NCBI GenBank assembly: GCA_028534125.1
Contig: CM052817.1
Location: 22,384,001 to 22,448,000 of the forward strand
DNA: 64,000 nt
Direction: 5' to 3'
Source of the DNA: Lama glama
Taxonomy: Eukaryota
Within the stretch, counting starts at the first letter, position 1, and each line of letters begins with the position of its first letter. The notes below the pieces were generated by a model, which worked only from the letters and a program-made list of their open reading frames with translations, had not been told where the DNA came from and ran no database searches. This document shows positions 49,503 to 63,093 of the stretch, one piece after another. Made by a program: the position numbers and the translations under genes.

Positions 49503-51254
49503 TAATGAATTAATAATCTTCCATGTAGAAGGGGAGAAAGGAGGAAGTAAAATCTAAAATTATATACACTGAAGATATTCAACTTCTATTTTACACATTG
49601 TCTTGAAATTTCCCAATTCCTTTACTTTAATCAAAAATTAGTGTGGAAAAGAGAATAGTACTTACCACACCCCACATTCTTGATTTCATTAAGAAATTGC
49701 ATCATTTAATTGAATGGGCTGCAATGTGGAGAAACAGAAAGCAAGCATATGTTCCAAGAATGAAGGTCATCTGTGATATTTTACCTCTCTCACTCGCAGA
49801 ACAGAAACCCAATCGACACCCTAAACATCATGAAACAACGAGCAAAACCAGTAATATCTGTCTTCATATAACGTTATTGGTATAAATTAGTTCCTCACCC
49901 CTCCCTGTACTGCTCCTTTCTGCACTGGGGACATTGTTGCCAACATATCCAGCCACGTTCCTTTGTGGATGCTAGGGGTAGGTTTGGATTTTAATACTGT
50001 AGTTAGGTGGAGATGTCCTGAAGTTGGTGACATTCAAAATCTCACATCAAACGTGAACAAATTCTAGCAGAAATTTTCGTTCATTCCCAAAGTGCTCAAG
50101 CAACTCTTTTATTTGTTCTGAACTTAAATGAGTGTTTATATCCCAAGTTTCTCCCACCAGGGTCCAAGGACAGAGAGTCTAAGCACACTGACGACAGTGA
50201 CTTGCTGTCTTGAATATTCTCCAATCAACTGCCATGGAGGCAGGTTTATCCTTTGGATAGAATGTACACATCTCACACTTGGACTAGATGTTTCTGTCAT
50301 TTAGTGCCATAACAACTAGTTTGCACTAAGATCTGTTCTTTCCCCACTAAGTAAAGACATTTTTGGAAAGTTTTTATTTTTCTCTGCTCTTTTTGAACTG
50401 AGCATTGCCAGTCCTCAGTATTCCATACCCTTAATGAGACATACTTTCCTACAGACTCATAGCAAAATCTGACTCCCTTAGACATAAAGGGTCTTAGCTC
50501 CTTCCCCTAGCCATCGCAAGCTTATAGCCTGATCATTAGGTTTCTGTTGAGGAAGGAAATGTACACTGCATGAGGTAAAATATTGCAAGAGTATTTCCAC
50601 ATTTACTCTAATCCCTTAGTTACTCCTCCCTGGAAGAGAAGTGAATAATCACCAGGGTAACTTTGGGAGGATAAACAAAGCATGCTCAGTTCAGCATCTT
50701 TAAGTACTCTTAATCAAAGTCCGACTACCTTCAAGACAAACACATTTTGGTGCTTCATATATATATTCCACTACTGGTGTGGAACTTGTATTTTCTATCT
50801 GTTTCAAAACCCAAAGGAAAACAAGAGGATTTTAAAAACTGACTTCCTAAGACCCCTGATACTCATTGCTGGAATCCCACCTTAAATGACCCAGACTGAT
50901 GGAAAATGTTCTTCCCTACGCAACAAACGAAAGGAATTTAACAGAATCAGCAACTGCTAAATCAAGAGTTTTCAGTTACACAATTTATCAATGACACAAA
51001 CACGAATCATTGATTTCTCCCTGGCTTTTATGCACACGAATTTTTATTCTCAAAAATGGTTGCCAGTAGACAAAGTGGATTATTTTCATATGCCTAAGAG
51101 ATATTGTCACAGACTGCAACACTATATTTCTAATCCCATGGTGCTAAGGGCTTTAAGGGGTCATTCATCCTGTTTTCCTGGATCCTGAGGAATAAATTTG
51201 TAATCAAAATAGAAGTACACTTCCAAGTATTTCATGTTTTCGCTAACTTTTTTA

Positions 51255-51510
51255 TTGTGGAAAGAGTATGTTAGAAATATTAAATTCTGGAACCAGACTT
51301 AATGGAATTTCTCTGCTATTATCTAGCTCATTGACTTTTGGAAGTTGGGTTTTGGCAAGTTTCCTCATCTATAAAATGGTGGTGATAATAATGTTTTTTT
51401 TTAATCTCACTGAATTCTTCTGAGTATTAAATGTTTTAAAATGTGGAAAGCTCTAATAACAGTGCCTGGCACACAATATTTTCTCAATAAATGTTAATGA
51501 TTATTATCAT
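51255..51510 (+). mobile_element. MIR SINE
   Basis: agtttcctcatctataaaatgg core; aacagtgcctggcaca...ctcaataaatgtta. Confidence 0.85.
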
Positions 51511-51801
51511 CCACTGAAAGATGATAGAGACCCCAGGAGTAATGCTGAACATACTTCTACAGGGCATATGAAGGCACTTAACCGTTTTCCACATCAACCA
51601 TAGATAGATGTTTCATAATATTCATTCTTTAGCTCAATACTGTAAAATCAAATTTTTCAAACAGTTCAAGGCATGATGAACTGAGGGCATATAGTACCTA
51701 TTTTCATGCAACTATTTAGAATGTGATCATCCAAACTCATAGCTATTTTCCCAGAGTTAATTTATGCTTCTTTGATAAAGGAGACGAAAAGTTTTATCAT
51801 T

Positions 51802-52333
51802 TATTAGTAACTCTTCAGTACGCTGTCCCCATATTTCAATTTGAGAAAATGTAGTTTCCCAGAACTTTCTTTTTTTTTTGAAGACTTTATTAGCAGAGCA
51901 AAAGTACACCTCCAAGAATGGGAGGCAGGCTGATCCAAGGGAGAATAGCAGTGGTCCTTGTTTGTTCCATCTCTTACACCCTCACTTCGAGGAGGTCTCT
52001 TGATTGGTTGATGGCTCTTGCCCCTGGAGTGCTTAGTCATGCTTGTCCCCTTTTGCAATGTCCTTACCCATGACGCACACAGAAAAACTCACGGAGGGGG
52101 CGCTTAAACTGCAATGCTAATTATATTACAATGAGCATTGGGTCATGTCTGGTTAGGTCCTTGTCACTACTGTGCAGTCACTGCTTTCAGGTTCCAACTG
52201 GTTTCTTGCTGGCACTCATTTAGAGGAAGTAAAGCCCCTTTATGCTGAAGGTGGCATACTCCCATCTTTTGGAACATCCTCCCTCTCCTCCACCTTATCT
52301 GCCTAGTGTGCCCACTTATCAAACTATCTAACA
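51802..52333 (-). mobile_element. ERV1-class solo LTR
   Basis: Termini TATTAG (decayed TGTTAG)...CTAACA; antisense poly(A) signal tttatt near 51886; no matching TSD. Confidence 0.7.
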
Positions 52334-52399
52334 AAACCTTCTGCAAGGAGGTCTGCATTTCAGGTCTGGGAAGATGGGGGTGTCTTCTGCATCTGTTCC

Positions 52400-53835
52400 T
52401 TCTTTAGATGCTCTGCTCAGCCCTGCAGGATATGGCTGTGCATGCCATATGCTACTCCTGAATTCTTCAGAATTTTTTTTTCTCCAGAGTAACTAATCTC
52501 CTATGAGAGTTTTAAACTGGTTCAAATTACTGTGTGCTTTCTGTCTCTTGATTGGATGCTGACTGATACAGAAGTGCTATGAAGAAGTGGGGTAATCCCA
52601 GGAGATCTGAAAAGAAGGAATTTGGAAACTGGTTTAGTCCTGCCTTTGGACTTGAGCATATTGGGCAGACTCTTACCAAAAGGAAATAAAGTTCCAGTAT
52701 TCTGCGGCATGTAGCTGCATAATAATCAGCCAAGATACCACCAGTAGTTGATTGTGTTAAAGCGTCAACTGAATCAAGTCCCTTGGGAGTCCAATGGTTG
52801 CTACACTTCAATGTATGGCAGTAAAAGTGACCAAGAAGGCTGTGCTAGAATTTCTTGAGTGCACTGGAGAGCTTACAGGAACTTCAACTGAAGTCATACT
52901 CTAAGAATCAGAGAGCTTCTGTGACAACCCTAAAATATACTAATTTCTTAGAGCCACAAAATTCAAATCCAAAATCAAAGGCAAAACTGAGTTGCAAGGG
53001 TTGCTGAATTCCAAATGCTACATTATCATCCTCCCTGAATGTCAAGACTATGAGCTAGTGTTCTGTTGTAGAAATAAGGAGTGATCTGCCTACTTTATTT
53101 TTATCCCTGTTTTATTTCTATATGTTTATAAATATTATTTAACTTCCATTTATCTCTCTTCCTTTCCTATAATTTTACAGGGAATGTTGATGGCAATTAA
53201 AATGATCATTTATACCATAGATTACACCCTGTCAGGAAGAGATTGTAATTAAAGAGGAATAAGCATCACTCAGGAGTGGATGCAGTACTTAATGAGAGTA
53301 TTGGTCCTTGCTTTCAAGAGAGGATGAGTGTATTGTTTCTATTAGGATAGCTGTGTTGTGTTAGAAAGGGGATTTTTGTTTTTTTGTATTGCTGTCTGGC
53401 AGTTTAAGTATGGGAAGAAAACTGTGAGTGATGATATATTTGGGTTAGCTTACTCAAAGCTAAAACAAAACAGAACAGAACAAAAATAAATTTCTAGATT
53501 CTCTTGAAATATCTAGTTGCGACTTCAGTTTGCTGAATCAATTTCACTTCTGAGAAACATGAGTTGCTTCAGAGGAAAGCAGTGAAGGCAGCATCTGGAT
53601 CTGGCTCACACCGCAGTAGCTTTCTGCTTGGGCAGGCAATTTCCTGACTGTGGCAGAAGCAGTGGCTCCCTTACACACCCAATTGTATGTTGTGGGCTTT
53701 GGAAGTCGTTACTAGAAGCTCAGCCTAAGATCTTCTTAGCTATCCCAAATATTCTGAAAGCTTATTAATATTCTATAATAAATCCCCATCTGCTTAACTA
53801 TTCTGGGATGGGGTCAGAATCTGTTCCCTGGAAAT
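52400..53835 (+). mobile_element. Ancient ERVL internal 3' remnant plus LTR (LTR40-like, about 53450-53835)
   Basis: 53250-53430 parallels the ERV-L 3' UTR seen at 27050-27199; downstream LTR has aataaatccccatctgcttaa. Confidence 0.5.
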
Positions 53836-54224
53836 GAATCAAGAGTAAAGATGTGACTTGCAAATACATGCCCAAACATACAGTCTGTCTCCTATCATGC
53901 TCTAGGGCACTCTTAGCATATTCTGGATAGTCTATTGATGATTGCTGTGCTTGTCTGCATGTGTTTCCCACCCACATTAACCCCCTTCCAATGGCTCCTT
54001 TAAGCCCTTATTTATTTAGATTACCTGTGGTTTAGATCTGTAAGACTCATCAAACACTTGGGCATTATGAACTCTATGCCACATTACTTTGGAGGATCTC
54101 TGATTCTTAACCATTCCTTCTCTCATCAAACCTTTGTATTTTCTTTTTTTTTTTAAACCCTGGTGTTTTCAAATCAGAGTGTTTGCTTTTATAACTATTG
54201 TTTATCATGTGCTCTTTGACGTAC

Positions 54225-54470
54225 TCTTTGAATTCAATAATATGTAACAAAATACAGAGTCATAAATGTTGTTTGATGAATTCTTGACAATTGTGCACTT
54301 CCATGTAAACACCATAAAAAAGATATATTTTTATCACTCCAGAAATTTTCTTCATGTTTCTTCCATTTATTCAACCCCCAACCATAACTGTGGCCACTGT
54401 ATTGATTTTCCATGATAATAGTTTCATTTTGTTTTTTTATGAACTTACCATATGCCATCATACAATATTC
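54225..54470 (-). mobile_element. Old L1 (L1MD/L1ME-type) 3' end
   Basis: atttttatcactccagaaattttcttcatg...ggccactgtattgatttt. Confidence 0.65.
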
Positions 54471-54734
54471 TCATCTCTTTCTCGAGATGCTTGTAATAAG
54501 AATAGTTCTAATTTTGTGTCATTTAAAGTATTCTATTAATTTAGGGGGAAAAAAACCCTATTTGTGTCTACTTTAAACTTTCCAATTCACTGAGTTCCTG
54601 TTTCTATTAAAAAACTTTTTATTATTGAATCTCTTAAATGAGATTTATTATTATTTGAATATTACAGAAAATATCCTTTATAATAGATTTATTATCACCT
54701 AACATCATTAAATGTGTTTATATGAATAAAGCTA

Positions 54735-54813
54735 AAAATTTCTGGCATGATAGACTTGCTGAAGGTTTTTGCTTTACATATATAAGCTCACAAGCATCTT
54801 ATGAGAAAGATAC

Positions 54814-54857
<44 letters not shown>

Positions 54858-54970
54858 TAGTTTTACAAATGAGGAAATTCAGGTGCAGGATGTTAATTAA
54901 TTTGACCAAGGTTTCCGGGTAAGTTATAATCAGGACTGAACCAAGGCAGTCTGATTTTAGAATCTATAAT
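54735..54970 (-). mobile_element. MIR SINE containing an (ATT)n microsatellite at about 54815-54856
   Basis: ttttacaaatgaggaaatt...tgaccaagg...aaccaaggcagtctgatt; perfect ATT run explains the poly-Ile ORF. Confidence 0.85.
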
Positions 54971-55188
54971 TTAAAACTGATTTCATTTGACTTATATATT
55001 AATAGTAGAGTTTATATTTTCAAAATGCAGTTGCAATTAACCTATCATCCAAAATAATGACTTACTTCAGTCCTCGTTCAACTTCACTTCTTAGCTCCAT
55101 TTGACTGTGTAGATAACTCTTTCCTATGTTCTTCATGTATTTCATTCTCAACATGAACAAAATCAAGTTCACCACATCTTCTTTTATT

Positions 55189-55378
55189 CCAGAGTTTTCT
55201 GTAAAGGTCAAAAAAAGTAAACATGTTAGGCTTATGGGCCGTAAGGCCCTTGTCACCATTACTCAAGTGTGTCACTGTAGGGAGAAAGCAGCCACAGACA
55301 ATAGGTCCGTGAATGGACCTATTTACAAAAACAGACTGCAGCCAGATTTGACACACAGGCTGGTTTGTCTACTTTGGT
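55189..55378. mobile_element. MER58A-like hAT-Charlie MITE
   Basis: ttttctgtaaaggtca...gaaagcagccacagacaata...tatttacaaaaacag...gccagatttg. Confidence 0.85.
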
Positions 55379-56004
55379 GTTACTCCAAACTCATTTTAAA
55401 AAGACGTATTTGATCCAGGCTTTCAGGACTCTTTCTTTACTCTCCTCTGCTTTTCATATCATTTACCCCATCGCATGGATTCTGTATATAAATATCCCTC
55501 AACTGTAATAGTTAACAATCACTGAAGGAGCCCCATGGACGGCTCACATATTTTTGTGTCACAATCATAGAAAGAGTAGACCAAGCCCAGGTGGGAGATC
55601 TAGGACTTGACCTCATACACGGCCTCTGGTGATTCCGGTGAGCCCTCACCAAAATCCATGCTCTTAGATATTACACCATATTACCTATCTGACTTTTTCT
55701 TTCATTAGTTATAAACCCATACTTAATTTCAAGTTGATTATTTAAAAACATTTTTAAGAGGCAAGACATTCTTCTACTTATTTATATGAATATAAATAAG
55801 TATATGAAGTGAAATGAACATCATGGAAAATAAAATAAGAAAGCAATTAGCATTTATTGATTTCTTACCATTTACCTGCTATGTACTTTCTATATTACCA
55901 CATAAACAATAATAGTAATTATTAATAACTGTTAAATTGTTAATAATTGATAAATAACATTAATCTCAATTAACAATAACAGTAATCTTATGTGGTAGGT
56001 GCTA

Positions 56005-56701
56005 TAATTTTTTCTTTCTTTCTTTCTTTCTTTATTTTTATTGAAGTGTAGTCAATTACAATGTGTCAGTTTCTCGAGTACAGCACAATGTCCCAGTCAT
56101 GCATACACATACATATATTCATTTTCTTATTTTTTCTATTAAAGGTTATTACAAGATATTGAACATCATTCCCTGTGTCATACAAAAAAACTTTTTTAAA
56201 ATCTATTTTTTTATATATAGTGGCTAACATTTGTAAATCTCAAACCCCTAAATTTATCCTCTCCCACCTTCTTTCCCTAGTAACCATAAGATTGTTTATT
56301 AAGTCTTTGAGTCTGTTTCTGTTTTGTAGATGAGTTCATAGTCTCCTTTTTTTTTTAGATTCCACATATGAATAATATCATATAGTATTTTTATTTCTCT
56401 TTCTGGTTTATTTCACTTAGCATGATTATCTCTTAGGTCCATCTATGTTGCTGCAAATGGCATTATCTTATTTTTCATGGCAGAGTAGTATTCCATTGTA
56501 TAAATATACCACAACTTCTTTATCCAGTCATCTGTCGATGGACATTTAGATTGGTTCCATGCATTGGCTATTGTAAATAGTGCTGCTATGAACATTGGGG
56601 TGCATGTATCTTTTTGCATTAGAGTTCCCTCCAGATATAAACACAGAAGTGGGATTGCTGGATTATATAGTAAGTCTATTTTTAGTTTTTTGAGGAATCT
56701 C
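56005..56701 (-). mobile_element. Young 5'-truncated L1 (ORF2 C-terminus, 3' UTR and tail), inserted in a MIR
   Basis: ORF 56443-56712 YNPAIPLL...KDTCTPMFIAALFTIA..WNQSKCPSTDDWIKKLWYIYTMEYYSAMK; T/TTTC tail at 56008-56039; possible short TSD aattttt. Confidence 0.93.
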
Positions 56702-57360
56702 AAATTTTTCAAGGGAGGGAATTTCCAAGGAAGGAAGGAGACTTTGAGAACCCAAGTAATTTGAACAATGTAATTTAGATAATAAGTGGTACTTGCTGGT
56801 ACTGCAACTTAGATGTTGTCCTGGATCCCATGTGCTGAATATTTTTTCTATATGAATAAAAAACTGTGGAGCTTATCAGCAGTATTAAGGGGGATTATGT
56901 TTGGAAAAGAAGGTACATAGTGTGTTAAGTCAAATTATCCATAAGATTCTTAGTTTCTCTCATGCCATTCACCTTCTCTGTAGGAAGCAGCCATAGTTGT
57001 TTATGGGTGTAAATGACTACAGCCTAGGCTATAATTGTCTGCACTCAAGCCACAGCTGAGAATATCCCCCATTCCATATTCAGTAGGGGTAAATAAATCA
57101 ATGTGGTAGGCTTGAGGATTCTGCACGAAAGTGTCATTAAATGGTGTAGAACTTCTATTTCCTTACAAAGGGCTCTTTAAGGAAGAAGCCAAAGAGAGAG
57201 GACAATAAAAGCAGAAACAGCAGAAAAAGTAGTATTAAAGAAGGTGAGAAAGAGAACCTAAATCATAAACATTGTTAGATGGCCTTAGAAGCTGCTTCTG
57301 GAAGGCTAACATGTTCACAATGCTACATATCTGGCCATAAGTTAAAGAATGTTAGATATC

Positions 57361-57798
57361 CAGATGTTCATCAACAGATGACTTGATAAAAAAGATGTGG
57401 TATATATACATGTGTATACACACACACATACATATACACAATGGAATATTACTCAGCCATAGAAAAGAATAAAATAATGCTATTTGCAGCAACATGGATG
57501 GACCTGGAGCTCATCATTCTAAGTGAAGTAAGACAGAAAGAGAAAGAAAAATGCCATATGATATTGCTTATATGTGGAATATAAAAAAAAGGACACAGAT
57601 GAACTATTTATTATTTATAACTTAGATGATTGATTTCCTAAATATGTGTAAGCACATTTGACTGTCCTTTATAATTGGGTTACTGCAGTCTATTGATTCT
57701 TATTTTGTGGTTGGCTTTATTCCTTTGATAATTATGTAAGTTTAAAAAGCTAAGGCTCTCTTAGAAACAATGAACAGTATATATATGTAAATTAAAAA
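57361..57798 (+). mobile_element. TSD-bounded retro-insertion: L1 fragment (57361-57610) plus non-L1 sequence and short A tail
   Basis: 17-bp TSD AAAGAATG(T/C)TAGATATC at 57344-57360 and 57799-57815; L1 motifs caatggaatattactcagccat and gcaacatggatggacctggag. Confidence 0.85.
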
Positions 57799-59849
57799 AA
57801 AGAATGCTAGATATCTTACATGAGTTGATATTAAACCCTGATGCTTAGTGAGATGGTCCATTTCACTACAAAGCTTGATTGTGGGGCTGCTGAGAATTTC
57901 TCATGCACCTACTTAATTGTTCAGTTGTTTCACAATAAATCCTAACCAAGGGCAGTAATCTGCACAGGAAATTTTCATTTCTTTGAAAACTTAAAAGATA
58001 TTTTTAGAAATGCTGAAATATAATAATATAGAATCAGAAATCACTTCTGCTAGCCATTCTGTAATACAATGCAATAGTAACTGCATGCATATTTCAGAAT
58101 TTCCATTAACATTTTAATACGACTCTTGGTATGTCCATCACCTTTTCCAGACATTGTTTTGTTTTCTGTAAAATGTAGCATAGATTTAAAAGATCTCTAA
58201 CATTGCTGTAAGTTTTAACTTCTATTATTCTATTTCTCTATCGTCTTATAATTAAATCTGTTTTCCCTGAGTTGCTAGAATGTAACTTTTATGAAAGCTA
58301 CAGGCATATGACTTAGATCTAGAATTCTAAAAATTACATCTCAAAAGTTATGCATATATATATTAATTGAGCTGCATAAAACCATACAAGTATTTTTCTG
58401 TCCTTTTCAAGGTTAGAAATTGCAATGAATGGAAAATGGCCAAAGAATACACATCATTGTCACCCCTCATTCCTTTCTTAGCATTTACATATTTTAAACA
58501 TTTCAATGCATATATAAATTCATATATTTTAACATTTCTCTGATTCTTAATTTATGTAGATTAAGAGAGGTCCATTGAATTTGCCTTCAGATCATTTAAA
58601 TAAAATTATCTAACTGTTTTTACTCATGTCTCTTTATTGGGTTTATTTACTTCACTGCAGCTGGTTTTCCAAAGCCCTCAAAAAGTTGTTACAGTGCATC
58701 CACTTATGTGTGATTGAGAGCTGTGTTACAAAAACAAATCTATTAAATTCAAGTGTTAAATCTACCAGACATGAATGATGATCTTTGGTTTATAAGTTAT
58801 TATCTCAACGTTTATTTAAGTGCTGATATTATGACATTAGCAAACATGCTGGTATCATTTCCCCAAAGACGTAAAAGTTTGTACAACTTATCCAAGTTTG
58901 TTTAATATCTGTAATAAATACATCATAGTTTACTATCTGCCAGGCACAGTTTCAAACCTGTGCTATAGATTAATTCTCAAAACAACTCTATCTGTCAGGT
59001 CCTGAGCACTAAGAAATTTGTCCAAGACCAAATAACTGTGGTGTGGTGGGTCCACGATTTAAATATCATTAGTTTTATCCAGAGTTTCGGCCTGAGCAAT
59101 TCTGTTATCTATTTTTTATATACACCCAGTACAAGTTACATCCATGATTGCTCTTTATATGACACTTAGGTTTCTTTCATGTAAAATATAGATGAAAGTG
59201 AGTATCACAAAGACATTTTAGCATTTTTGTATTTTATTTTATAATACGATAGTATAGTTATTATAACTAATACCTACAGGAAAATTATCCTTTAATAATA
59301 TTGGCAAAAATAGAACATATGACTACATTTTCTTTACAGTTGATTGAAAGAACTATCTACTCTGAAGTAGCAATCAGTACATTAATATATTAGTTTTGAA
59401 GAGGAAGTTTTTTGTTGTGTAGAAACCACCTAAGATGCAGTACTTCCAGGGATCAGGGACGATGTGCCAAGATATACACAGGTCCACCAGAAAATCATGC
59501 TATATTTTCCTGGGGAACAAATGTTCCTGTGACACTTGTGGACTTGGCATTGTGTAGGACTAGACTTATATTGTGTTTAAAGAGAATCCTGGATAATCAT
59601 AAAGTAGAAGCTGGATTTAAATTGCTTTTAATGTAAAAAACATGAGCTAGCAAATATCCTTCACGTTTGGGTGGTGACCGTGGATCCATACTCATGTCAT
59701 CACATCAACTTCTCTCCACTTGGAAACATGCTGTGTCATCCTGACAAATTTCAGTGGCAAAGTTGGGAAGGAATTTAATAGGAAGCCTATTTGTATGTTG
59801 TAAATTGTTTAAAGTTCAGGGAATGTAAGAGATTTGCTGGTTACTAGGG

Positions 59850-60345
59850 CATGTTGTAGCACAGCTAGCACTAGCATTCAATAATCTTTGTTTTTCTCAT
59901 TCTGATACTCTTTCTACCTTACTATTTGCCCTGCTATTAATGCGTCTTTTCAGGGGAGTAGTCTTGGGTGCTCAGTTCCTTCGTTCAGTGGCTGCACTCT
60001 AAAGCTCAGGAGACTGCTGTTGTCATTACTGCCACTGTTCCTGCTATCACAGCCACCCAATTCCCTCAGAACTGCTGAATGGATAGTAAAACATAAGGTG
60101 TAGCCCCTGCAAACATTCATGCCTGTGGAAACTTGCTCTCTAATCTTCATTCTTCCGGCAAGAATGGTCAACTTCCTTAGTGCCTTGTAAATGCATCTCT
60201 TTGACTAACCCTATATTGCATCAAGAAACCTAGCTACAAGGGTATTAGCTACAAGGGTATTAGGGAATGTCTTTTTTATCCTTCAAATCCTGCAAGATGG
60301 GGGGCAGATTAAAAGGACAAAAATGGCTGTCATACGGACATTATT
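59850..60345. mobile_element. Probable ancient LTR element
   Basis: gcatctctttgactaacc...aacctagctacaaggg...gggaatg resembles old MaLR/LTR78-like LTRs. Confidence 0.4.
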
Positions 60346-61879
60346 CAGCATGGCAATATTAAGAAATAATGTAAAAATATTTTTTAAATAATCTAAGCAA
60401 GCCCTGGGATTAGCAATACAAATAGTTACTAGAGCAAGCATGATTTTGCACATTATATTATCAAGAATATGCTAAAAGTATCTTTGGGCAATAATACATG
60501 CACACTATGTATACAAAAATAGTATGTAAATAGTAATAAGGTGTTTGATTGTCCAGCAATAGACTGTGGAATAAAGTGTGGAATAAGGTGGGAAAAATGT
60601 CATAAGACAGCAAAACAGTTGGATAAGCATAAATGATTATGAAACAAATAATAAATCACAGCTTTTTTTTTGGTCACACAATGTAAGTGTCATCACTAAT
60701 TTTTCCATGATGAGTAGTATGTATGAATAATCTAGACTATATAATGCCTTTCAAAACAAAATTTTGTTTTTGTAACAAGTTAAATAATGATTGCAAATAT
60801 ATGTATATATATGCCTACACGCATATATACACACATATTTACGACATGGGGAGTAAGAAGACACTGCTGATTTATCACTGGAGTTTTTGGTGTTTAGAAA
60901 TGTGCAAACTCACAAAACATCTGTCATAATGTTTTGCTAGTAAAATCATTGGTGAACTGATTTTTCAGTTTCAAAAACTTGTCAATTCACTTTTTTAAGT
61001 GGTAGAGATAGGTACGGATAAGGTGTTTCATTGTTCACTCATTATTCTTGTACTTGAAATGTACAGCCTGGCCATTGTGTGGTTTTAATGAAAACTACTG
61101 CAGAAACAGACATAAGTTAGAGTGAGGTAAATTTGTATTTAGATACTATTGACTTGGTCATGTTCTCCCTGGGCTGCAGTATCAGTAGTTCAACAATCAC
61201 GGAGAAAAGACTCAAGGAGAAAAGACCCAAATCTATACTTAATGGAAGTTACAGCACAGGTTTGCAAAAATTGTGGAGGTGGAAAATGGAGGTAGGCAAT
61301 CCTGATTTAACATATCTGAACAATTTTGAAACGTAAAATCCTTCTGAGTAGGAACCAAGACGCAACTTGATTTCTTACATAGAAACCTACATAGTTGTGA
61401 AGTTGTGTAGTACTGATTTCAGATTCATATCACTTACATCAATTCCTTGACAATGGATGAGCTTCAAGATTCAGATTTTACTTTTGGGTTTTAGGAAGTT
61501 AATGTGGTCCATATACTACACAATATACAATACACATATGTGAATATTGCACTACAACAAATGTTCATAGTAAGAATAAAAGAAAGACCACGCACAGTAA
61601 GGTCATACTTTGCTCCAAACTAATTACCAAAGGAAAAACCACCAAGGAAACAAATGAAAAACTTATACCTTTTGGATCAGCAGGTAAGGCACGTCTTTGA
61701 TAGTATAGAAAAGTAGTGTTCAAAACAGAAAGATGACCAAAGCATTTTGAAAACATTAGAATGTCGAATTTCCTGCCCCGTTCTCCTCAGTTACACAACT
61801 GATCATCCCCACTCTGAAACAGACAGAAAACCTATCTTTTAGAAGTGATAAATTAGAGGCATTTTGCTTTAGGAACACT

Positions 61880-62405
61880 AGGGATAGCTCAGAATGGGAG
61901 AACCATTGATAACAGGAACCAAGTGAGAAGTTGTAACACAAGCAATGGATTCATTTAAAGGCGGAATTATTTCCAACCCAGAATACAACACTCACCTTAT
62001 CTGTCAATGAAATAGGGTCGAATAAAGACATTTTCAGATTTATAAGATATCAAAACATTTTCTTTTTGGGGGACATTACAGGAAGATATGTGCAACAAAG
62101 TCAGAGACATAGGGGGTTTTGTGGAAATGGGTAAACAGAAGTATGCTGGGTAGTGATGGGCGAGGAGTAAGGGTTGGGAAGGAGTGCAAAATCATTATTT
62201 TTCCAAGTGTAAAAGTGAAAAAAAATCAGGTTATCCTAAATAGAGATACAACGTGCCAAGAAGAAAACTAAAATTATTTGAAGTGGTTGCTTCTGGTGAG
62301 CAGGAAATAGGGGAGGATCACAGGAGATTGCTTTTTCTCATTAAATCTTTGTAGAATTATTTGATTCTTTCGATTTTGTGTGTTTAGACTATTGTTCAAA
62401 ATGTA
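61880..62405 (+). mobile_element. HAL1 (half-L1) fragment
   Basis: ORF1-like aattattttccaacccagaat...gaataaagacattttcagat, then HAL1-style 3' end aagtggttgcttctggtgagcaggaa...gtagaattatttgattc. Confidence 0.6.
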
Positions 62406-63093
62406 TCCTAGATTTCCTAACCAAGAAGTTGACTCTAAGTAAAGAAAACAGGGTATAAAGATACTGTAAGGGACTGGCCAAGCTCAGTGCTGCTAGGCAG
62501 ACTCTGGATTTATGAGAGGAATAATGAGGAGAAAAGCTAGGAAGATAATTTGGGGCTCATTGTATAAAATGCATACCAATGTTAGAAAAATTTGTTTCAA
62601 ATGCTACAGGCAATCAGGAATCAGAGAAGGATTTTATACGGAATGCATTCCAACTTCCCAGGCCTCCCAAACTCTACTCCCCAGTGAGCAGAAGCACTCT
62701 TCTCTCATGTCAGCAAGTACTGACTTAGCAGGCAGAATTTTCCATTCCTATATTAAGATCTTCTTTCTGGTTACTAATAATTTTAGGGAGTGAGGGATGT
62801 GGGGAAGCAAAACAATATTATAATGTAATATTTTATTGACCAAAATATTTACCTTAAGGCTTTGGAGACTCTTTTAGGAAACCCCACATAGCCCAGTGCC
62901 ATGGTGTCTCCATTCAATTCTCTACTCTTTGATTATGCAAGTGCTTAAAGAACTGTAAGTACAGAATCAATTATCAGCCTTTGTTAACTCGAATGTGTTC
63001 TGCAAATTACAGCTGCCTACTTAAATTAAACCTCCTGTCTGGACCTGCAAAAAAAAAAAATGGCTGAACGATGCCTCTGAATATTCTCTTTAA

